In this document: positions 16,132-21,871 of the stretch, one piece after another
Numbering within the stretch: the first letter of the stretch is position 1
Layout: each line of letters starts with the position of its first letter
NCBI GenBank assembly: GCA_036676495.1
Contig: JAKFCT010000104.1
Coordinates: 1 to 21,871, forward strand
Source of the DNA: Candidatus Sericytochromatia bacterium
GTDB lineage: Bacteria; Cyanobacteriota; Sericytochromatia; S15B-MN24; UBA4093
Length of the DNA stretch: 21,871 nucleotides
Direction of reading: 5' to 3'
Position numbers and translations under genes: made by a program
Notes under the pieces: model-generated
What the model saw: only the letters and a program-made list of their open reading frames with translations
Database searches by the model: none
What the model was told of the DNA's origin: nothing

Positions 16132-17694
16132 GCTCAGCTCAAGGCCACTCAGCAGCGTCGCTCGCTGGACCCGGTGAACCTTGAATGGCATGCGCTTCGC
16201 CCACTTCTTGATGAGGACCTTTTCGCCGGTGGCCACCATGACCAATTCGGAGAACGTGCTGCGAACCAGGTCGTTCAGCCGCGGGTCGTCGATGTCCAGC
16301 TCCTCGAGGATGACCTCGGCCTGGGGGATCGCGAAGGCCTTCGGCCGCTTTCGTTTCTGGAGGGCCTGCAGCTCGCGCTCGAACTCGTCGCGGCGGTTGA
16401 GCAGCATCTGATTGTAGCGCCGGAACTGGTCCTCTCTGATGCCTCCCTCCTCGACGGGCTTGTTGAGGCGGGAGAGCAGATCCATCTCCTCTTGATCGAG
16501 TTGCATGAGCTTTGCCTTCAGGTCGAGCTGCGCGCTTGCGCTCCCCACGTCAGGGGCGTCGTCCTCAATTGGTAGGCCCTGGGAGACGATCTTCAGCGCC
16601 TCGATTGCTGCCAAGTGGGCCATCTCGTAGCGGATGACTTGGGGGTTCGGGCATGGCGTGATCCGCTTGAGGTGCTGAAAGCAGGCGTACTGATGAATCG
16701 GAAGTTTGCTGCCGTCTGCTCGGTAGCTGTAATCGCGGCGAATCACCATGCTTCCGCCGCAGCCCTGGCACCGGAGAACACCTGCCAGCGGATGGCGCCG
16801 GGGATTGTTCTGCTGCCTGTACTTGGGCTTCGCGTCGCGAATGGCCTGCACGCGCTCCCAGAGGTCCAGGGAGATGATCGGGGGGTAGGCCTTCGAAGTG
16901 GTGATGACCTGGGGGAGCTTCGTGGCATGGTGGCGCTTGGTGTAGTCGCGCCGGCGCACGGCAAGGCCTGCATAGCTCGGATTACGGAGAATGTAGTAGG
17001 ACGCCTGCCAGTTAAAGACGACGCCCTTGTGGTAGCGGTAGCCCATGGCGTTCAGCTCGTCTGCAACGTCGAAGTAGCTCTTGACCCCGGTGGCGTAGAG
17101 CTCAAAGGCAAGGCGCACGGCTTCGGCATGCTCGGGCACGATCTCGATCACGACCCTGGGCTTTTTCCCGTCGCGAGTCTCGGGATAGTAGGAGTGGTAG
17201 CCGTACGGGACACGGCCGCCCGTGTTCTTGCCCTCGGCCGCGGTGACCTCTAGGCCGCGAATGATGCGCTTGCGGATCATTTGCCGCTCGCGCTTGGCGA
17301 CCACGGCCTGGATATCGGTCTGGAACTCCTGGTCCTCGTCCTCGACGTCGTAGACGGTTCCGTTGATGACGATCTTGCAGTCGCCGTCGCGGAGGATGTC
17401 TTTGATTTCTTCCCACTCGCCGAGGCCCTTGCGGGTGGAACGGTCGAAGTCGAGGACGCAGAGCCGCTGGTAGCGGCCCCGTTTGATTTCCTCGAGGAGG
17501 GCGTCCAAGGTCTCGCGGTTCTCTCGCCCCTTCGCCCCGGAAATTACCTCGACGTAGAGATCTTCCTCAAGAGAGACCCAGCCGCTCTTCTGGCAGATCT
17601 CGGTCAGGGCCTTTCGCTGATAGGGGAGGGAGGTCCTGTCGTCCTTGGCTTGCTTGCCAGAGGAGACGCGGACGAGACGGGCGGCACGGATCAT
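16126..17694 (-). CDS. Large serine recombinase (phage integrase), 522 aa
   Basis: Catalytic RVSS at the N-terminus, E..SG, DRSTR, GGRVPYGY, ILRNPSYAG, PPIISLDLWERVQ, Zn ribbon CQGCG...YAC...C, coiled coil; ATG 17694 overlaps the upstream TGA. Confidence 0.96.
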   Translation of the reverse strand: MIRAARLVRVSSGKQAKDDRTSLPYQRKALTEICQKSGWVSLEEDLYVEVISGAKGRENRETLDALLEEIKRGRYQRLCVLDFDRSTRKGLGEWEEIKDILRDGDCKIVINGTVYDVEDEDQEFQTDIQAVVAKRERQMIRKRIIRGLEVTAAEGKNTGGRVPYGYHSYYPETRDGKKPRVVIEIVPEHAEAVRLAFELYATGVKSYFDVADELNAMGYRYHKGVVFNWQASYYILRNPSYAGLAVRRRDYTKRHHATKLPQVITTSKAYPPIISLDLWERVQAIRDAKPKYRQQNNPRRHPLAGVLRCQGCGGSMVIRRDYSYRADGSKLPIHQYACFQHLKRITPCPNPQVIRYEMAHLAAIEALKIVSQGLPIEDDAPDVGSASAQLDLKAKLMQLDQEEMDLLSRLNKPVEEGGIREDQFRRYNQMLLNRRDEFERELQALQKRKRPKAFAIPQAEVILEELDIDDPRLNDLVRSTFSELVMVATGEKVLIKKWAKRMPFKVHRVQRATLLSGLELSF

Positions 17695-18047
17695 GGTGAG
17701 GTGGCCTTCCTTGAATGCTCGCGAAGCCGTTCCATCGGGACAGGAATACCTGCATTGGCGCAATCCTTGAGCCAACCAGGGATCGGCGACTCTCCTTTGT
17801 GCCACGGCTCCCAGGATGAAAACCGCTCAAGCAAGAATTCAGCGAGCTCAACGCCTGCATCGCGGCCCCAGACCTTCCAGGCATAGGCGATCTTCCACTG
17901 CCGGCGATCGGTCAGCCAGGAAAGGTCAACCCACCACCCGAGCCGCTCGCTCCTGACGGTGATCTTCATCCGCGGTGCACGCAGCTCGAGGTCGACGCCT
18001 TCGAGGTGGGCCTGAGTAATGGGGCGGGCTTGGCGAGAGAACTTCAT
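17691..18047 (-). CDS. Hypothetical Trp-rich protein (about 118 aa) coupled to the integrase
   Basis: Fills the gap between cargo gene and integrase, ATGA overlap; start ATG 18047 or TTG 18053. Confidence 0.65.
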   Translation of the reverse strand: MKFSRQARPITQAHLEGVDLELRAPRMKITVRSERLGWWVDLSWLTDRRQWKIAYAWKVWGRDAGVELAEFLLERFSSWEPWHKGESPIPGWLKDCANAGIPVPMERLREHSRKATSP

Positions 18048-18053
18048 GGCCAA

Positions 18054-18791
18054 TTAATAGCGGGAGTAGCTACTTGATTTGCTTTGTTGCTGCGTTACCA
18101 AAAATGCTACAAGCAGAACACCGCTGGCTACCGCCAAAAAACTTACCGCCAAATTTTGAACAAACTTCGCCTGCTCAGTTGGCTCCGATGTTTCGGGCAA
18201 AATTTCCGGCTCAAGGCCTAAGAGTTCGTTGTCAGGGGCTGCGTTGTCGTTGCTAAGCTCAATCAGGCGGGTATCTCGGGAAATCCTCACAGGATAATTC
18301 CAATTGAGGTAAGAGAATGAGTCCTGGTAATTGCCGACGACATACCAGTTACCTTCGGGTATCTCGACAGTAGCACTGCCGCCGAGATCAGTTTGAAAAA
18401 TGATCGGCTTACGCCCTATCAGGGCTTGAGCCTCATCGACTTTTTCCTTCACCCTTTGATGCCATGCCTGGTAATCGCGCAAGAACGCTTCATCCGTGTA
18501 AGTGATGATCTTGTTATTGTCAGGAGAAATCCTGGTTTTGCGATAGGCATCCTGTTGTGGGGGCTGGCCTAGCCCATGTTTTTTCGCAGTCGCTTCATAC
18601 AGCTCACGTTGATTTCCCGTCCAGGGCTGCAGGATGAACTGACGTCTGGCAACTGGGATGATCGAGCCGTCGCCCTTGATTACCCCTGTGCGAACCGATA
18701 CTTCAACAGCGAACGCAGGCTTACTTGCGGATACAAAGCCGAACACCCCGATGAGCCCTGCTGCCACCAATGCCACCAAGGACTGCTTCAT
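18054..18791 (-). CDS. Exported, C-terminally membrane-anchored phage cargo protein (possible transthyretin-like / carboxypeptidase-regulatory-like beta sandwich)
   Basis: Signal peptide ending PAFA, pattern TDLGG...PEGNWYV...W.YPV...IELSNDN, C-terminal TM helix; GGAGGAG SD; low GC. Confidence 0.8.
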   Translation of the reverse strand: MKQSLVALVAAGLIGVFGFVSASKPAFAVEVSVRTGVIKGDGSIIPVARRQFILQPWTGNQRELYEATAKKHGLGQPPQQDAYRKTRISPDNNKIITYTDEAFLRDYQAWHQRVKEKVDEAQALIGRKPIIFQTDLGGSATVEIPEGNWYVVGNYQDSFSYLNWNYPVRISRDTRLIELSNDNAAPDNELLGLEPEILPETSEPTEQAKFVQNLAVSFLAVASGVLLVAFLVTQQQSKSSSYSRY

Positions 18792-18826
18792 TTTTCAGGC
18801 TCCTCCCTTCAGATTTTGAAAATCTG

Positions 18827-19330
18827 CTACAAATCTGCCCAGGATTCTGGACTCCTACCCGTAAAAAAAGAGTAGGCCTCATCTTGATTTTCGGGCTCAC
18901 GGTCCAACCTGCTGGACTCTTCGCCTACCAGGTGGTTAACGAGCCACCCGTCCATCCGGATTCCGGCAAGTCGCTCCGTCACGCCTGCCTCTTCGGCGAG
19001 CTGCCACAACTCCCATTCCTCGCGCTCGGCCTTCGCCATAACTTCGTCGGGAATCAGGGTCTTGGCTGCCCAGCGGAGAGCCTGGGTCCATTCCCGGCGA
19101 TCCTGGCGTGCGTCCAACCAGCGCCACCGACGTCCCTCATGGCCGAGCACCAGGCGGGCGATTTGGACGGCGATCGCCTCGTCGAGTTCAGGACCCTCGA
19201 GGCCGCGGCGTGCGGATAGGACGAAGAACCCATTGAACTGGGAGAGGCAGCTATCACTCTTCAAGTGGCCTTGGCCTAGGCGGAGGTCGATATCGAATCG
19301 CCTAACCAAGAAATCGAGTTGCTCTAGCAC
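18827..19330 (-). CDS. ImmA/IrrE (DUF955)-like protein lacking HExxH
   Basis: AIAVQIARLVLGH...EWTQALRWAAKTLIP...LWQLAEEAGVTERLAGIRM follows the ImmA/IrrE template; directly downstream of the repressor. Confidence 0.75.
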   Translation of the reverse strand: MLEQLDFLVRRFDIDLRLGQGHLKSDSCLSQFNGFFVLSARRGLEGPELDEAIAVQIARLVLGHEGRRWRWLDARQDRREWTQALRWAAKTLIPDEVMAKAEREEWELWQLAEEAGVTERLAGIRMDGWLVNHLVGEESSRLDREPENQDEAYSFFTGRSPESWADL

Positions 19331-19357
19331 GATGCGGACTACCTCTGGACTGCGGTG

Positions 19358-19960
19358 TTACTTGATGCTGTGGCGGCGTTTGAAACGTCTGGCCTCGTCG
19401 ATCAGGCCTTCGAGATATCGGAACGTGGAACGACGATCCTCTGGCGGGTCGTCCCAGAAGCCTGGCTGCGAGAGGATGCCAAACCAGACGTCCTCTTCCT
19501 CGGCCTGCTGAATGATCTTCAGCTCATCCTCGGTCGGTTCGTATCGGCCGTCGATCCCTCCATCCAAGAGCTTGAGCTTTGGGCGCTCGATGATGGGGCT
19601 CAGCTTTGGCGCTTCATTTTTTTGCTCGGGGACCTGCTCCTCTGGAGCCGCCTTCCCGGCCGCGACCCTCAGCTCTTGAAAGACCTGGGCGGGCGTCTTG
19701 GTGAGGGGCTGTCCCTCCTTCTCGGCGTACTCGACCATGCGGCGGGAGAGAATTTCCAACGTGTTCTCGCGCGGATTGATCGGCAACTTGGTCTTTACGT
19801 CGACGCCGGATTCATAGGACTGGAGCGTCGAATAGCCGATCCCCAGCACCTTGGCGGCGTCCCTCTGTGTAAGCCGAAAGGTCCACCGGTAGTCGCGAAG
19901 CATGCGACCAAGCGGCGTTCCTGGTGATGGCTCGTCTTGAACAGTTGTTCGAATTCGCAT
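19358..19960 (-). CDS. XRE-family HTH repressor (CI/ImmR-like), no S24 peptidase domain
   Basis: LGRMLRDYRWTFRLTQRDAAKVLGIGYSTLQSYESG; divergent from the Cro-like gene; start uncertain (ATG 19960 or 19981). Confidence 0.88.
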   Translation of the reverse strand: MRIRTTVQDEPSPGTPLGRMLRDYRWTFRLTQRDAAKVLGIGYSTLQSYESGVDVKTKLPINPRENTLEILSRRMVEYAEKEGQPLTKTPAQVFQELRVAAGKAAPEEQVPEQKNEAPKLSPIIERPKLKLLDGGIDGRYEPTEDELKIIQQAEEEDVWFGILSQPGFWDDPPEDRRSTFRYLEGLIDEARRFKRRHSIK

Positions 19961-19972
19961 GCCTTGACCGTA

Positions 19973-20072
19973 ACAAAACATTGGTTCCAATGTAACCGCA
20001 TTGAATTACTTGTAATTAGTTGACAAAACTTGGTTCCGTGTTTATCCTAAAACCAAGTTCTAAAACTTGGTT
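19973..20072. promoter_or_regulatory. Lysis/lysogeny switch operators
   Basis: Perfect inverted repeat AACCAAGTT-ctaa-AACTTGGTT (20051-20072); extra half-sites ACAAAACTTGGTTCC (20023-20037) and ACAAAACATTGGTTCC (19973-19988); palindromes at 19978-19993 and 20004-20017. Confidence 0.8.
20020..20048 (+). promoter_or_regulatory. Early rightward sigma70 promoter
   Basis: TTGACA (20020-20025), 17-bp spacer, TATCCT (20043-20048); SD GAGGAGGTG at 20075-20083. Confidence 0.8.
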
Positions 20073-20090
20073 GAGAGGAGGTGATACCGA

Positions 20091-20297
20091 ATGCCCGATT
20101 ATTTGAGCCCCGCCAGTATAGCCGAGCGCCTCGATGTGACTCGCCAGGCCGTTTACCAGTGGGTCGAGAACGGCACCATTCCCACAGATTACGTTGTCCG
20201 GATCGGCCGCTCCGTCCGCATTCGAGCCGACTTCATCGAGCGGATGAAGGAAGCTCAGCAGTCCCAGGAGGCCCCTGATGGCGACCCCGCAGCCTAG
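20091..20297 (+). CDS. Cro-position excisionase-family (HTH_17 / MerR-like winged HTH) DNA-binding protein
   Basis: YLSPASIAERLDVTRQAVYQWVENGTIP...VRIGRSVRI; strong SD. Confidence 0.88.
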   Translation: MPDYLSPASIAERLDVTRQAVYQWVENGTIPTDYVVRIGRSVRIRADFIERMKEAQQSQEAPDGDPAA

Positions 20298-20451
20298 CCA
20301 TCCGATCCGCTTCGATCTTTCGACGCCCGAGGGCCGTGAAGCCTTCTACCGCCACCGAGACAACGACCCGGCCACCTTCTGGGGGCTGAGGCAGGCCCTC
20401 AAGAAGATAGCGTTCGAAAAAGCGGAAACCCAAACCCAAAACCCAGCGTAA
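20278..20451 (+). CDS. Small hypothetical phage protein (57 aa), absent from the ORF track
   Basis: AGGAGG SD then ATG; MATPQPSHPIRFDLSTPEGREAFYRHRDNDPATFWGLRQALKKIAFEKAETQTQNPA*. Confidence 0.75.
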   Translation: MATPQPSHPIRFDLSTPEGREAFYRHRDNDPATFWGLRQALKKIAFEKAETQTQNPA

Positions 20452-20509
20452 GCCCAACAACCGACCACGCGTTTGCAGGTTAAGACGAAATTTACACGCA
20501 GGAGGGACC

Positions 20510-20842
20510 ATGCCCGCGACAGCGCAAGCCAAGCTGCCGGATCCCCCGAGCAGGAAGCCCCAGAGGCTCAGGGATCGGCACACCACCGAATCAGACCTAC
20601 TCATCGAAAAGCGCATCCAGGACACGGAGATTCTGACCTTGGCCCACCAGATCCAGACCGAACGCTACACCGCTCAGAAGGCTCTCGAGCAGGGCGACCT
20701 CGAAGGCGTGAAGGCCGCGCTCGATCGCATCGGGCAGCTCGCGGACGAGATCATCACCGTCGAGAAGCGGGACGTGCGGCTCAACCAGCAGACCGGCGAC
20801 ATCCTCACCATCCGGCAAAAGGAATGGGGGGACGAAGCATGA
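20510..20842 (+). CDS. Hypothetical helical phage protein (110 aa)
   Basis: AGGAGG SD, GC3-biased codons, ATGA overlap with the next gene. Confidence 0.8.
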   Translation: MPATAQAKLPDPPSRKPQRLRDRHTTESDLLIEKRIQDTEILTLAHQIQTERYTAQKALEQGDLEGVKAALDRIGQLADEIITVEKRDVRLNQQTGDILTIRQKEWGDEA

Positions 20843-21069
20843 GCCAGTTCCCCATCATCACCAGGTCCGCCAGCAGCCGGACGGGCCAGCTCCAGCGCAT
20901 CGAGCAATCCAACGCCATCTTCGCCCGGCCGCGCACCGTCAAGGAGACCCGTCGCGAGCAGATCACCCGATTTGTCTGGACGGTAGCCATCGCGCTCAGC
21001 ATCGGCTACCTCGCCTACGGCATCTTCTCGGGCCTGCCCTACGTCCTCTCGCAATACGGGGCGCGCTAG
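20839..21069 (+). CDS. Small phage membrane protein (76 aa, one C-terminal TM helix)
   Basis: MSQFPIITRS...FVWTVAIALSIGYLAYGIFSGLPYVL; ATG overlaps the upstream stop. Confidence 0.78.
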   Translation: MSQFPIITRSASSRTGQLQRIEQSNAIFARPRTVKETRREQITRFVWTVAIALSIGYLAYGIFSGLPYVLSQYGAR

Positions 21070-21314
21070 TGCGCTCGTGGCGCGACGAGAAGCCCGTCAA
21101 GGGCGACTACCGCAAGGAGCTCGCGAGAGGGAATCGGTACGCCGCGGCCCTCGCGGAAGCCGAGCGTGATCGCGCCGGGCGAGACCTGGAGCACTCGGTA
21201 TCCGGCATCAAGGTATTCCCGGCCCCCAAGACCAAGGTCATCCCCCAGGCGCCCCAGCAGGCGCCGCAGAGTAAGAAAGGAGCCCCCGATGTCCAACCTG
21301 ACCCTCGCCACTGA
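21069..21314 (+). CDS. Hypothetical phage protein (81 aa)
   Basis: GTG overlapping the upstream TAG; fills the operon gap. Confidence 0.6.
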   Translation: MRSWRDEKPVKGDYRKELARGNRYAAALAEAERDRAGRDLEHSVSGIKVFPAPKTKVIPQAPQQAPQSKKGAPDVQPDPRH

Positions 21315-21444
21315 CGCCGGCATGCACGTCGCGGAGATCGTCGAGATCAACCACGCCGCCGGCTACGCCCTCGTCCAGCTCACCACCGACGGTACCCCTG
21401 TCCGGATCCGGATGAGCGAACTGTCGATCGGGAAGGCGGCCTAG
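21289..21444 (+). CDS. Small beta-rich phage protein (51 aa; SH3/KOW-like pattern)
   Basis: AAAGGAG SD; MSNLTLATDAGMHVAEIVEINHAAGYALVQLTTDGTPVRIRMSEL. Confidence 0.72.
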   Translation: MSNLTLATDAGMHVAEIVEINHAAGYALVQLTTDGTPVRIRMSELSIGKAA

Positions 21445-21445
21445 C

Positions 21446-21787
21446 ATGCGCGAGATTCCTGCACCGAGCTTCAAGCTTCAGGCCGACACCATCCTGAATC
21501 GAATCGACGCCATGGAGCTGTCGGAGACCGAGCGCCGCAACCTCAACGATTACTTGCGCGAGAAGCACCGCTTGCTCCAGGAGGAGGCGCGTTTCCTGAC
21601 CAAGCTCACCGCGTGGGCGGATTTGGTCGATGCCAGCGTCAAAAAGCGGAAGGCGACGGAAGAGGCGCAGGCGGCCCATGACGCCTACATCCGCACGATG
21701 CAGGAGTTGACTGCCAGCATCTCCGTCCAGGTCACCGAGATTCTCGCAGCGGAGCCGGCGGATCCCCAGATCGAGGAGGCGGCGTGA
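21446..21787 (+). CDS. Hypothetical coiled-coil phage protein (113 aa)
   Basis: ATG 1 nt after the upstream stop; helical heptad pattern. Confidence 0.8.
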   Translation: MREIPAPSFKLQADTILNRIDAMELSETERRNLNDYLREKHRLLQEEARFLTKLTAWADLVDASVKKRKATEEAQAAHDAYIRTMQELTASISVQVTEILAAEPADPQIEEAA

Positions 21788-21871
21788 CGGCCTCCCAAAG
21801 GAAAACCACCAGCCTGGTCCTGGCAGACAAGCGGCTGGCGGTCGAGAGAGGCGCGAAGTGGCCCCTGCAGA
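21784..21871 (+). CDS. 5' end of next phage gene (MTASQRKTTSLVLADKRLAVERGAKWPLQ...), truncated by the window
   Basis: GTGA overlap, GAGGAGG SD, frame open to the window end. Confidence 0.65.
   Translation, partial: MTASQRKTTSLVLADKRLAVERGAKWPLQ

Larger units (their letters stand above)
16110..21871. mobile_element. Prophage or phage-like integrative element: lysogeny module and start of early operon; continues beyond the window
   Basis: Order int - cargo - cargo - ImmA-like - XRE repressor, divergent from Cro/Xis-like and small overlapping ORFs; visibly lower GC at about 18.0-19.0 and 19.9-20.1 kb; no structural genes in the window. Confidence 0.88.

Noticed and set aside
17695-17805. Extended integrase N-terminus given by the ORF track (559 aa)
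   Set aside because: Serine recombinase catalytic motifs sit about 10 residues from the start; ATG 17694 fits this and overlaps the upstream stop.
20426-20445. AAACCC short tandem repeat
   Set aside because: Three imperfect units encoding ETQTQNP within a small ORF; too short to suggest phase variation.

Overview
High-GC bacterial chromosome segment, possibly from a non-photosynthetic relative of Cyanobacteria such as Sericytochromatia (a weak inference from the GyrB, aminotransferase and glycerol-dehydrogenase-like sequences). Bases 1-16.1 kb are host genes: alpha2-type glycyl-tRNA synthetase (5' part), a SPOR protein, gyrB, an Fe-containing alcohol/glycerol dehydrogenase, a DapL-like aminotransferase, thrS, an orphan N6-adenine methyltransferase with a small coupled ORF, a 666-aa effector-like protein, a CYTH protein and an nfeD-slipin pair. 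From about 16.1 kb to the end lies one end of a prophage or integrative element: large serine recombinase, two cargo genes, an ImmA/IrrE-like protein, an XRE repressor, a divergent promoter/operator switch, a Cro/Xis-like gene and small early genes. Main observations: (1) both aminoacyl-tRNA synthetase genes have a short leader hairpin beside the SD whose loop shows the cognate anticodon (GCC for GlyRS, CGU for ThrRS), suggesting tRNA-mimic autoregulation; (2) the phage ImmA-like protein is intact but has lost its HExxH residues, next to a repressor with no S24 domain; (3) the element appears to have inserted into the 3' end of a radA-like gene; (4) the orphan methyltransferase ends in a beta-clamp-like motif; (5) Pho-box-like 11-bp-period repeats lie between the effector-like and CYTH genes. 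All calls are by eye; no database searches were run.
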